64,000 bases of DNA from Octopus vulgaris. Lineage: Eukaryota. Within the stretch, counting starts at the first letter, position 1. The number at the start of each line of letters is the position of its first letter. The position numbers were made by a program, and so were the translations under genes. Below the pieces are notes generated by a model, which saw only the letters and a list, made by a program, of their open reading frames with translations, ran no database searches and was not told the origin of the DNA. Below, in pieces: positions 51,907-64,000 of this stretch. The DNA is taken from contig OX597835.1 of the NCBI GenBank assembly GCA_951406725.2, positions 13,206,001 through 13,270,000 on the forward strand. The letters run 5' to 3'.

Positions 51907-52148
51907 ACATAAAAAGCACCATCCGAACGTGGCCGATGCCAGACCCCACTGGCACCTGTGCAGGTGGCACGTAAAAAACACCCACTACACTCACGGAGTG
52001 GTTGGCGTTAGGAAGGGCATCCAGCTGTAGAAACACTACTAGACTGGAGCCTGGGGCAGTCCCGAGCTCCCCAGACCCCGGTCGAAACCGTCCAACCCGT
52101 GCTAGCGCGGAAAACGGACGTTAAACGATGATGATGATGATGATGATG
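51907..52148 (+). mobile_element. RTE family E 3' UTR copy
   Basis: Same motifs and (gat)n tail. Confidence 0.85.
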
Positions 52149-52439
52149 ATATATATATATATATATATACACATATATATTTATATATATGTAATATATA
52201 TTTGTATATATTTATATATATATATATACTTTTATATATTTAGATATATAAATGTATATATTTATGTATATATATTTATATATATGTATATATTTATATT
52301 ACGGAGATGTACTTGCATAGCAAGTGACCTGATCTGAGATCGTGTGCTGGAATGAAAACAATTGCAGTATGGAAGTTGTTTATAAGCTATTTAAGAAACA
52401 CACAAGAACCATTAGATTCACAACAACATTTAAATTTAA

Positions 52440-52490
52440 TTTGTCAAAATATTTTCGTCGCTTTGAGACCGTGACCTGATCACTGACAAA
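52440..52490 (-). ncRNA. Minimal type I hammerhead-like motif with G3-C8 core (left arm)
   Basis: uuuguca GUGAUCA g gucac-ggucucaaa-gcgac GAAA auau UU ugacaaa. Confidence 0.55.
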
Positions 52491-52535
52491 ATTCCGTGCT
52501 GCATCACAGAATTTTTCCGTGATGCAGCGCGGAAT

Positions 52536-52586
52536 TTTGTTAGTGAACAGGTCGCGGTCTCAAAGCGCCGAAAATATTTTGACAAA
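52536..52586 (+). ncRNA. Minimal type I hammerhead-like motif with G3-C8 core (right arm)
   Basis: uuuguua GUGAACA g gucgc-ggucucaaa-gcgcc GAAA auau UU ugacaaa. Confidence 0.55.
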
Positions 52587-54171
52587 TTAAATTTAAATGT
52601 TAAAGTGAATCTAATGGTTTTTGTGTGTTTCTTAAATGGCTTATAAACACCTTCCACGCTGCAATTGTTGTATATATGTATATATATTTATATATATGTA
52701 TATATTTATGTATACGTATATATATTTATATATATGTACATATGTATATATATTTATATATATGTATATATTTATGTATACGTATATATATTTATATATA
52801 TGTACATATGTATATATATTTATATATATGTCCATATTTATGCATATGTATATATGTATATATATATATATGTATATATAAGACATAAAACTTCTGTAGA
52901 GAGAGAAATACCTTTGGAAAGAATCTTCTATAGAGAAGCTTTTCTGTGGAGACAAACATGACGAACACACCATTTTTGTAGAGAACCGTGGAACCAAGTT
53001 TATATAAAAACTTCTGTCACGAAGACTCTCTGTTGAGAAAACTAGGTGTGAAAAATTGAAGAAATGTTGTTTAGCAGTTAACACCAATGTAATTAATGCA
53101 AGGAAGTTAACTTAATTAGCACCACAATAGACAGAAGTGACGGCCTGCAACTGTTTAATTCAATAATTCTGAAACGCAGTGAAATCTGAAAAATAACTGC
53201 GGTGTTTAACGGTCCATTTTAAAGCCATCAAATTGACATTAATGACTTGTCCGCTTTATCCACATTATTTGCTAAAAACAATACATGGGTGAGTGACAAG
53301 GCCTCTATGTAGTCCGGAGATCTGCTAGAAGTAACAACTGACTCTCCTCGGTATCACACGCTGCTGTTTTAAACAGGAAGGATAACATTGGATGATGTAG
53401 TCAAAGTGATGGTCATAGATGGATCTTCTCAACCAGACCTAATCCTACCCCCACCACGACTGCCACAATAACAGCGTCAGTATAAACTTCTCTTCCCTCA
53501 CAGTGAGGAAGTCTCGACATAGCTGGTTATCTGCTCTGCTAGAAATAATCCTCCAGATTGTGGCTGGCCACCTTAAACTGTGGAAGGACAGATTGGATGA
53601 AAAAATACAAAAATAATATAGGATGATCATATTTGATTATAGACCTGCTCTGTCAGCAATGGCCCAGGGTTAAATACTCCAATGACAAATCACCAGTATA
53701 ATGACAACAGTTTGAATACATTTATACACATACACACACAATGCATACACACACATATATGCACACACATACGTACACACATACACACATATATAAACAC
53801 ATATGCACACATATACACATACATATACACATATACACACACACATACACACACATATACACATACACACACAATGCAAAAGTAACAGCAAGTGGCTTAG
53901 TGGTGGTTAGGGTCTTCTGTTTACAGTTGTAAAATCATGGGTTCAATTTCCAGGGGTTACTGTGTCCTTGAGCAAGCCACTTCATTTCACTTTGCCACAG
54001 TACACTCAGCTGGTAAAAATTAGTTGTACCTGTAATTCAGGATGAAAGGCAAAATTGACCTCAGCAGAATTTGAACTCAGAATGTAGACAGACGAAATAC
54101 TGCTAAGCATTTTGCCCAGCGTGCTAATGTTTCTGCCAGCTAGCCATGAGACAGGCTGCACCAGGTAGCTA

Positions 54172-54741
54172 CGAGGGTGAGTCAAAAAGTAATGCCATTT
54201 TGTTTTGTTTAGGACAGGTATAATTACCAACACAGGAACATGTATCATACATCAAAATGAAGCTGGTCCTCTGTAGATTACATCCCTACTTCTCAACATA
54301 ATCACCGTTTCTCTCAATAGCAATGTTCCATTTTCAAATGAGAGCATATATCCCTGCCCTGTAAAATTCTGTTGACTGTTCTTTGAACCACTTCACTACA
54401 GTTTTCACTTCCTCATCACTGGAATAATGTTTGCCTCTCAAACCCTCTTTCATGGGGCTGAAGAGATGATAGTCTGAAGGCACTAAATTATTCCAGTGAT
54501 GAGGAAGTGAAAACTGTAGTGAAGAAGTGGCTCAAAGAACAGTCAACAGAATATTATCGGGCAGGGATACATGCTCTCATTCGAAGGTGGAACATTGCTA
54601 TTGAGAGAAACAGTGACTATGTTGAGAAATAGGGATGTGATCCACAGAGGACCAGCTTCATTTTGATTACCAACACATGTTCTTGTGTTGGTAATTATAC
54701 CTGTCCTAAACAAAATGGCATTACTTTTTGACTCACCCTCA
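54172..54741. mobile_element. Mariner-derived foldback MITE with ~255-bp inverted repeats
   Basis: TA|cgagggtgagtcaaaaagtaatgcca ... tggcattactttttgactcaccctca|TA; ~58-bp spacer at ~54430-54487. Confidence 0.92.
54489..54632 (+). pseudogene. Mariner transposase C-terminal fragment (mirrored on - at ~54280-54428)
   Basis: YSSDEEVKTVVKKWLKEQSTEYYRAGIHALIRRWNIAIERNSDYVEK* fits the mariner C-terminus pattern SDEEVK..V..WL..Q...FY..GI..L..RW......GDYVEK. Confidence 0.88.
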
Positions 54742-56707
54742 TATTTTACTTGCTACAAAACTATAGCTTGAACGGCCTTGTAGCTCTTTCAACACTATGT
54801 CTACTCTAACAAACACAGCGTGACTTTAACTACCATAGTACAAAAAAAGAAACTGGTCCTGTAACCACATCATTGCTGTAATTACTAGAGAATTACTGTT
54901 GCTTCTACAGCACTATATCTTCTATCGTTCTATAATCTATACTGTAGCTACTACAATACTATATGTATGATAGCACTATAACATATATAGTACTATTGAA
55001 AACTGCAGCACTGGTATAGCTGATATCATACTATACCTACTATAGTACTATAATATATACTGTACTATTATAGCTACTATATGTCATTACTATTACATTT
55101 GAGAACAGTTTTATTAAGTGTGTCTTTCTATGTTGCTTCTTTTCTCTATTGACGGTTCCTGTGTATTTCTTGTTGAGAAGCTTTTGATATAAAAATTTAC
55201 TGAAATGAATAGAAAAAAAAAAAAAGAGATCAATTTGGGTATTTGATTGTCTAAATCATCTCTCCCACACTGACTGAAAGGAGTTGGTTTCACTCTAAAC
55301 GTTGTGTTAGGAACTTGAGATGATTGAAACAGCCATTAAAAAAAAAAAACAAAAGCATAATAAAATAGAAAACTCTAGAAAACTCTGGCAGTAATTTTGT
55401 TCGTTCATTGTGGTCATTAAACATCAGGGAAAGATGAGTAGAGGAAGCTGCTGTTGAGAATATAGAAATACATGACGGAAGCTTTAGTGAATGTTGCAAT
55501 GTGTTACAACTAGCATGCAGTGCAGTGCATTGAATTATTATGCAATTATGCACTTCCGTCCTTTTTTTTTTTTAGGTTTTGGTTTTGCACTCTCCATCTG
55601 CGAATCTGATTGGCTGTTGCCTGCGATACCTCACTGGTTCACTCACCAGTTCTTTCCTCGTTGCTTCATTGGTGTGCAGGTTGAAAAGTGAGACTGTTGG
55701 ATGAGGTGGGAATAGAACAAGATGGGGGTGGAGTGTGAGGAGATGGAATAGGGTGGGAGATGAGGTGAGATAAAATGGGATATGGTGAGGCAGGATAAAA
55801 TAACAAGGAGAGGTGTATTTTGATATATGCATGTATATATATATATATATATATGCAGAAGAAAGAACTCAATACTGGAAAATAGAGCAAAGGAGATGCT
55901 AATACTGGCTGACACTAGTTCAATACTGAAGTAAAAAGATCTGAACTCATCACACATTATATTCACAAGCCAAAGTACATACTTGAGCACTTCAAAACCA
56001 ACTAACATGATATCCCCTACAACATGTACACCCTACAACCTATATTTTATATTACATGTTTTAACACCAACCGACCCTTTCCTCTGTTCTATTTTAAAAT
56101 ACCCATGGCCTGCGTGTCAGATTTTGCATAAGATGGTTAGACCTGAATGTCCTTCTCTAAACATCTTTGCAGTTCTTACTTGTTCCAGATTCTTAGCCTC
56201 CTAGCTTTCTCATTATTACACAGAATTCAGTTGTTATTTGCCATAGAACAACAAGAATTATATATAAGTTTTCTCTATATAAATATTATTTCATTATATA
56301 AATGATATTATATAAATATTAATTTATAATTATGTAAACATTAGCATTTACATATTTATGCAATTATGATAATGTTCCAATGCTTATATAAACTTTACAG
56401 TCTTTGTCTTTATGTTTTTAACAGGAGTATGTGCATGTGTGTGTATATACATATATATACACACATACATATACACACATATGTACATATATGTACACAC
56501 ACACATATTCATATATATAAATACACATATATGCATATATATATGTGTGTATTTATGTGTTTGTGTGTATATATATATATATATATATAAATTTATATAT
56601 ATATATATGTATATATAAAATCATCTTTGCTGCTAATGATGCTGACATATAATATTAACATCATTAATATGAAATATATATTCATAAGAGAAATTTATAT
56701 ATATATA

Positions 56708-57130
56708 GGCGCAGGAATGGCTGTGTGGTAAGTAGCTTACTTACCAACCACATGGTTCTGGGTTCATTCCCACTGCGTGGTACCTTGGGCAAGTGTCTTC
56801 TACTATAGCCTCAGGCCAACCAAAGCTTTATGAGTGGGTTTGGTTGATGGAAACTGAAAGAAGCCTGTCGTATTATGTATATATATATATATATATGAAT
56901 GTATGTGTCTGCATATGTTTGTGTTTCTGTGTTTGTCCCCCCCCCAACATTGCTTGACAACTGATGGTGGTGTGTTTACGTCCCCGTAACTTAGCAGTTC
57001 GGCAAAAGAGACCGATAGAATAAGTACTAGGCTTCCAAAGAATAAGTCCTGGGGTCGATTTACTTGACTAAAAGTGGTGCTCCAGCATGGCCGCAGTCAA
57101 ACAACTGAAACAAGTAAAAGAGTAAAAGAG
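56708..57130 (+). mobile_element. SINE family A, full length
   Basis: Matches the other family A copies. Confidence 0.92.
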
Positions 57131-57712
57131 AACATATATATATAAAAGCCTATCTATCTATCTATCTCTCTATCTATCTATCCATCTATCCATATATAGT
57201 TCTCTCTCTTTCTTTCTCTCTAATCTAATATGCAGTATATAAACTCTATTCAGAAGTGTATGTATACAATGGGTTATAAATCCAAGTTGTGTGTGTATGT
57301 GTGTCACAAGTTGTAGACCATAGTTTTCCATTTCAGTTGCTGAAATTTTGTATAGATGCACATCTTTTCGAGGCAAATGTCGTAGGTCAGTCGAATTTTA
57401 GATTTTCCTTTCTTTTACCTTTTCTTCATTTCTTACCTTCTTTCGCTCACTTTTTCTTGTTTTCTTTCTTTCCTTTATCTCTGCATATTTCTATGAGACT
57501 CGTCTTGATTCGTCTCCCAAATTACTTGGTTGCAACGATTCTGCGATAAATGCCATTCCTCGACCAACAGACAATTGCTAATACATTTTCAGATAAAAAA
57601 AAAACGCAACCCACCCAGCCACTACAAATGGCAAAGTCTTGTGACTGTATGTATTTTATGGATCAATAAATACAAGTATATGTTGGGTACTGCTTTGAGA
57701 ATTTAACATAGA

Positions 57713-57929
57713 CAAGGGGTGCTGAAAATTTGTTGGCTTTCAGGGTGTTGTGAAAGGCCTAGCTGGAGGCCCAACCTTCCAAGTTCTTTAAACAGGGCTT
57801 AGAATAACTGAAAGGTCCTTGCAATAAGTGTGTGAATCTGAGAGGGGAATATATTGCATAAAACCATAATAATCTGCTCCTCATGTAGTTTCTTTTACCC
57901 AAAGCCAGGTACTTTTCAGCAACCCCTCA
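57713..57929 (+). mobile_element. Mariner-type MITE, uninterrupted relative of 30296-30657
   Basis: TIRs aggggtgctgaaaa..t..tggcttt / aaagccaggtacttttcagcaacccct; followed by (ATCC)n. Confidence 0.75.
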
Positions 57930-58301
57930 TCCATCCATCCATCCATCCATCCATCCATCCATCCATCCATCCATCCATCCATCCATCCATCCACCCACCC
58001 ACCCACCCACACACCTGATTATTTAATGACAAGAAATTAGAAAATATTGTTGTATTTCGAGATGGTCATTTTATTTATTATTTTTTGTCAAATAAACACA
58101 AATAAACACACACACTATATATACAGGGGTTACTGGCATCGGTCACAAACGGTTGGTGCTTTTTGCATGCCACCAGTACAAGAGCCAATCAGGCAAACCT
58201 GGCATTGACCACGTTCGGATGGTGCTTTTTACATGCGATCAGCAGGGGAGCCACTCAGGGAGCACCGGCTCCAGCTAAGATATGGGTTTTACTTGATCAC
58301 A

Positions 58302-58618
58302 TTGGCTTAGAGGTTAGGGCATTCAGCTCATGATTGTAAGGTCACGAGTTCAATTCCTAGTAACATATTGTGTCCTTGAGCAAGGTACTTTATTTCACAT
58401 TGCTTCATTCCACTCGGCTGGCAAAAATGAGTTGTACCTGCGATTCAAAGGGGCCAGCCTTATCACAATCTGTGTCATGCAGAATCTCCCTGAGAACTAC
58501 ATTAAGGTTACACGTGTCTGTTGAGTTCTTAGCCAATTAGACTTTACCTTCATGAGCAGGCTGTTCTGTTGAATTGGGTCAACTGGAACCCTCATCGTTG
58601 TAACCGACAGAGTGCCAG
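58302..58618 (+). mobile_element. SINE family D with tail 1
   Basis: Uninterrupted relative of 3625-4190. Confidence 0.8.
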
Positions 58619-58861
58619 TTTTTTGACATGTATACATATTTTGTTTAACAAACCCAAGCAGTTTTATCTATTTATTTGAATCATTGTCTCCATATCTGCC
58701 CACCTGGATTCTTCTTATAACCATTCTTTACCCTGCAGACTGGATCCTCGCTAAAGATACCGGAGTTTAGTTTAAATCCTTTGAGGAATATGAAGTTTTT
58801 TCGATATTGAGAATCTCTGGATTTCATTTGTTTGTTATGTCATGGCAGATCCTGGTGTTAC

Positions 58862-59058
58862 ACAACTGGCACCTGAGCCAGTGGCATGTAAAAGCACCCA
58901 TTACACTCTGTAAAGTGGTTGGCATTAGAAAGGGCATCCAGCTGTAGAAACCATGCCAAATCAGACTGGAATCTGGTGCAACCCCTCAGATTACCAGCTC
59001 TGGTTAAACCATCCAACCCATGCCAGCATGGAAAGCACACGTGTTAAATGATGACAAT
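58862..59058 (+). mobile_element. RTE family E 3' UTR copy, diverged
   Basis: gggcatccagctgtagaaacc and caacccatgccagcatggaaa motifs. Confidence 0.8.
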
Positions 59059-59110
59059 AAGGATCACACACGCATGCACACGTGTGGGTATGTGTGTATA
59101 GTTGTTGCAT

Positions 59111-59528
59111 ACTCTTTACTCTTTTACTTGTTTCAGTCATTTGACTGCAGCCATACTGGAGCACCACCTTTAGTCGAGCAAATCGACCCCGGGACTTCTT
59201 ATTGTTTGTAAGCCCAGTACTTATTCTATCGGTCTCTTTTGCCGAACCGCTAAGTGACGGTGACGTAAACACACCAGCATCAATTGTCAAGCAATGCTAG
59301 AGGGACAAACATAGAACACACAAACGTATACATACACATACATATATATATATATACATATATACGACAGGCTTCTTTCAGTTTCCGTCTACCAAATCCA
59401 CTCACAAGGCATTGGTCGGCCCAAGGCTATAGCAGAAGACAATTGCCCAAGATGCCACGCAGTGGGACTGAACCCGGAACCATGTGGTCGGTTAGCAAGC
59501 TACTTACCACACAGCCACTCCTGCACCT
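59111..59528 (-). mobile_element. SINE family A, full length
   Basis: Matches the other family A copies. Confidence 0.92.
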
Positions 59529-60075
59529 ATATTGTATACAAGACAACATTTTCCACAATAAATTCGCTGAAAGCGCAGGAATGAGGTGAAACGGTGCACT
59601 GTATTTGTTGTCGTTAGTTTTACACACTGGTGGCAGCATAAAATGAAAAATTAGCAACAATTATTAATGTCCTTAAGAAGATAGGAAGTCAATTAAGATA
59701 CAAGTTAATTAGCAATTATTTTGTACGGTAATATTTGATTAACATTTTAATAAAATATATCTGTTTCTATAACAATTTTATTTGCGTCACTGCGTGTGTG
59801 TGTGTACATATGTTGTATGTATGTGTGTGTGTGTGTGTGTGTGCATGTGTGTGCACACGTGTGCATGTGCATATGTGTGTTATGTGTGTTTGTAGAAGGT
59901 GGTATTAATTCTGTTGCCGGATCTAAATGACTGTCTGTCTTGAATATTTTATATATACATCATCATCCATCATCATCACCACCACAACCACCACCATCAC
60001 CAATCCCATCATCATCATAATCATCCTCGTCATACCATTATCATCATCATCACTGCTGCTCCTCTCCTTCTATCA

Positions 60076-60306
60076 AGCAGCGAGCTGGCAGAAACGTTAG
60101 CACGCCGGGTAAAATGCTTAGCCGTATTTCGTCTGCCATTACGTTCTGAGTTCAAATTCCGCCGAGGTCGACTTTGCCTTTCACACTTTCGGGGTCAATA
60201 AATTAAGTACCAGCTATGCACTGGGGTCGATGTAATCGACTTAATCCGTTTGTCTGTCCTTGTTTGTCCCCTCTATGTTTTGCCCCTTGTGGGTAGTAAA
60301 GAAATA
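60076..60306 (+). mobile_element. SINE family B, full length
   Basis: Matches 3852-4080. Confidence 0.9.
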
Positions 60307-60389
60307 ATTATCATGCTTAACATCAGTTTTCCAAACTTATGCAGGTTGGATGCTTCAACTGCAACCAAGAAGCCAGAGGGTTCCATTAA

Positions 60390-60609
60390 CCCTTTAGTGT
60401 TCGCATTATTCTGCCAAAATTAATCCTTTTTTATCTAAATTGTTTTGAACTAATCATGCATTATCTTGAATCTATGAGATTTTGATGAGGTACCTGTAAT
60501 TTTTAAAACGATATTGTAGGGTTAGTGTGAGAGACCAGATCTGGCCAGTTTGACCATAAAACAGGCAGAATACTTTTGGCCGGATATGGCCAGTTTAAAT
60601 GCTAAAGAG
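60390..60609 (+). mobile_element. piggyBac-like MITE
   Basis: TTAA|ccctttagtg ... tgctaaagag|TTAA. Confidence 0.78.
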
Positions 60610-61117
60610 TTAAGCACCAGCGTCTGCTTTTTGGAATGGTTTCTACTGCTGGATGTCGTTTCTAATAGCAACCACTTTACTGAGTATTCTGGGTGCTTCT
60701 TTCTTCTTTTTCCTTTTTTTCATGACTCTAGCACAATTGAGGTCAGTGAGTAACTCTCGAGACGAGACCCCTTCACTTGAGGGAAAGTGTGGTATTGAGG
60801 GGAATACCTTAATTCCAAATGTTGAGGGGCCAAAATATGATAGGAGAGAAGCAGCAGTTTTTGTGGAGAAAAAGGCACTTAGCTCCCTGAAGACAAAAAG
60901 CTTAAGGTACAAGATGAATATAAGGATAGAAGAATAAGGATAGCAGAATTCAAAGGGTGGGTAGGTAGGTAGGTAAGTTTGTAAGAATGACCAATGGTCG
61001 GAAATTGGGGATAGAAGTGGACAGAGGGAATGGGAGTTCAAGGCATGGTCATTGGTGCATTTAAGCTTGGCGGCAAAGTGAAGGAATGGGACAGTTTGAT
61101 ATATATATATATATATA

Positions 61118-61286
61118 CTTTATTTAAAGCAGCAGAAAATTCAACAAAACCTGTTACTCTGAGTTTCACGTTCTCAGAGTAACAGGTTTGTTGAATTTTC
61201 TGCTGCTTTGAATAAAGCATATTACTCTACCACTGGTATTTGAGTACTCTTTTTTCCACCTTGTTTCACATTTATGTGTTTACTCC

Positions 61287-61288
<2 letters not shown>
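61118..61288. mobile_element. Penelope-like relic in (TA)n with a palindrome at 61118-61217
   Basis: Same family as 27300-27511, opposite orientation. Confidence 0.62.
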
Positions 61289-61329
<41 letters not shown>

Positions 61330-61332
<3 letters not shown>

Positions 61333-61661
61333 TTTACTGGTTTCAGTCATTGGACTGCAGCCATGCTGGGGCACCGCTTTGGGGAAATTTTAATCAAATG
61401 AATTTCCTCTAGTACTTATTTTCTCTTCAAGCCTGGTATTAATTCTATCGGACTGTTTTGCCAAACTGCTAAGTTATGGGGATGCAAACACACCAACGTC
61501 AGTTGTCAAATGGTGGTGGTGGTGGTGGGGGAGGGGACAGACACAAAAAGACACACACACACACACACACACACACAACACCTTTCTTTCAGTTTCTGTC
61601 TACCAAATCTGGAACCATGTGGTTGGGAAGCAAACTTCTTATTACACAGCTATGCCTGCAC

Positions 61662-61663
<2 letters not shown>
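61330..61663 (-). mobile_element. SINE family A, diverged and internally deleted
   Basis: Both ends are recognisable. Confidence 0.75.
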
Positions 61664-61709
<46 letters not shown>

Positions 61710-63180
61710 TTTTATTTGTTTCACTCATTTGACTGAGGCCATACTGGAGCACCACCTTAACCCATGCTAGCATGGAAAGCGGATGCTAAATGATGATGAT
61801 ATTGTCCCATTCATGTCAGCATGGAAGGCGGGCGTCAAATGATGATGATGATATATGTGTGTGTGTGTGTGTATATATATATAAAACTGTCCTAAATTTA
61901 GTTTGGTCACACTGAGTGACCTGTAGAGATCTCTGTACTTTTCTAACCTATCTTCTTGACCTCATATCAATGTTATGTGTTTTTGTTGATATTCTTTCGT
62001 CTCAAAGATGATCTTCATAATCTCGGATTCTTTGCGTGTCTGTGTTTGGAATTTCACAAACTTCGCTTCATTCCATTTTTATATCTGTTCCCTTTATGCT
62101 GACACGAGTCGGGCAAGACATTTCGAGGCTGTACTTCATATGAGGTCAACGGAAACCTTTAGAATTCTTCAAGAATGGTTTCCTATCAGGTTCCAAGAGA
62201 CATTTGCTAAAAATCAGCACCAACTTTAGTGAATGGAAGCAGATGGACATAGACTGGCTTGCAGCTGTCAGCACAGGAAATAAAAACTACCCTCCCATAA
62301 TTTTTTTTTTTTTACTATTTTTGGCAGTTCTTCCAGAAAGGGGCAACAATAATAATGTCTTGCTACTCTGTTCTTTGGTGCTATAGTTAAGAGAATACAT
62401 GTCTACGGAAGATTTTGCTCTTTTGAAGAGAATCTTTGCTTTGTTCCTTGTTTTGTGGGGTAGTTTGGTTTCCTTTTTTCTCTATCCATTTTTTCTTTCT
62501 TTCTTTTTTTTTGCACACACACACACACACACACACATATATTTATCTTGGGGGAACCAAAATGATTCATGATATTCTTATATTTCATTTAAAGCACCAG
62601 ATGGCAGCATTCCAATATTCTAAGGTTCTGTCAATTCCTTTCATTTCCATTCTATGCTATCCTCCACATTTACCTTGTTTCTTTGAAATATCTTCCATCT
62701 TGCTTGTAGATAAATATTTTTCTTTTGTCCCTCATCTTTCAGACAGGAAATTAAGATCTTCAACAAATAGAATTCACCAAAATTCTATCAAAGGTTTTAA
62801 CTTTGTTTTATTTTACATTTGTTTTTGGCCTTTTTTTAAAAAAAAAATCTTGCATTTTTGCTTTCTATAACATACATATATGTGTGTGTGTGTTTTTTTA
62901 ACGTGTATATAGATATATATGTTTGTGCATGTGTGTATGTGTTTTAAATATGTGTGTGTATACATACATGTGTGTGTGTGTGTGTCTTTATGCAAATGCA
63001 TATTTTTATATATATATGTATATATGTAAATATAAATATATATGTGTGTATGTGTTTTTTTTTTGTCTGTCAGAGAAATGTTAGCATAAAGGAACTTAAA
63101 GTATATTTTGATGCCAAAAAATAATGAATAAATAAAGATAAAGGAATTGTAATAACAACAACAACGACAACAACAACGAC

Positions 63181-63232
<52 letters not shown>

Positions 63233-63345
63233 GCTTTACTTGAATTTAAAATTTATGAAACCCAGATATTTAAATAAGATTTTTTTTTCTGTAAGCAGAT
63301 GATGAAATTAAATCAAAACTGTTTCTGAAAGACAACAGCAGCAGC

Positions 63346-63414
<69 letters not shown>

Positions 63415-63547
63415 AATATCTTTTATCATATTTGAGCAACTTTTGCTTTTTTCGAAAACAAAAAGTAGAAAAGAAAATATTGGACTTTTATCTTAAGTCT
63501 CTCGTCATTATCTATAAAATAATTGCTACATTTATTTCTGCTACATG

Positions 63548-63695
63548 GGCGCAGGCACGGCTGTGTGGTAAGGAGCTTGCTTCACAACCTCATTGCTTCT
63601 ACATTTAGTCCCACTAAACCTTTTGAAATAGGCTCAGGTTGACCAAAGCCTTGTGAGTGGATTTGGTTGTTGGAAACTGAAAGAAGCCCATCATA
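63548..63695 (+). mobile_element. SINE family A 5' part
   Basis: gggcgcaggcacggctgtgtggtaag ... ggaaactgaaagaagccc. Confidence 0.8.
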
Positions 63696-63710
63696 CATAT
63701 ATATATATAT

Positions 63711-63903
63711 AGGGAGAGTTTACGAAAAAAATCAAAAGACGAAGACAGGTGGTGTACAAAACAAGCAGATGTATTAGTATAACGCTCAGGAATAGAAAAA
63801 GTCTTTTACGTTTCGAGCCTACGCTCTTCTACAGAAAGGGACACAAAAAAAACAAGGAGAGAAAAAATGTGTGTAGTGGCTAACGATCTATCATGGTGAC
63901 TGC
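63711..63903 (-). mobile_element. Penelope-like pLTR relic in (TA)n with a hammerhead-like fold (63801-63842)
   Basis: Reverse complement of 26622-26814. Confidence 0.6.
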
Positions 63904-64000
63904 CAGACCATATATATATACTAGTTATATATATATACATATATATATACTAGTTTAAAAGCCACCCTCTGTGCGGACTTTTGGGTTAGCTCCTGTGGAT

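Larger units (their letters stand above)
52298..52669. mobile_element. Penelope-like relic in (TA)n forming a palindrome with ~155-bp arms (52357-52669)
   Basis: Centre at ~52510-52514; each arm carries a hammerhead-like fold. Confidence 0.65.

Noticed and set aside
52885-53045. Cluster of tctgt(a/g)gaga-like motifs
   Set aside because: Irregular spacing; cannot be distinguished from a decayed repeat.
62180-62280. RTE remnant (WKQMDIDWLAAVSTG)
   Set aside because: Similarity is too short and degenerate to call by eye.

Overview
AT-rich, repeat-dense eukaryotic non-coding DNA (intron or intergenic). I find no supportable host protein-coding exon; nearly all supplied ORFs are read-throughs of (TA)n, (CA)n, (TATG)n or (CAT)n microsatellites or of SINEs. 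The SINE and RTE repertoire resembles what I recall from Octopus genomes (inference, not database-checked). Contents: about 40 tRNA-headed SINE copies in four modular families; 5'-truncated RTE and CR1-group LINE ends; mariner, hAT and TTAA-flanked MITEs; non-autonomous Helitrons; a ~238-bp x ~12.5 tandem array built from a dead RTE ORF2 C-terminus (39111-42165); and a duplicated GGAGT-rich satellite. The most notable signal is a set of short Penelope-like relics at (TA)n tracts, often forming long palindromes. Several carry minimal type I hammerhead ribozyme folds with non-canonical cores, including a G3-C8 compensatory swap of the conserved C3-G8 pair. Coordinates were read by eye and may be off by a few bases.
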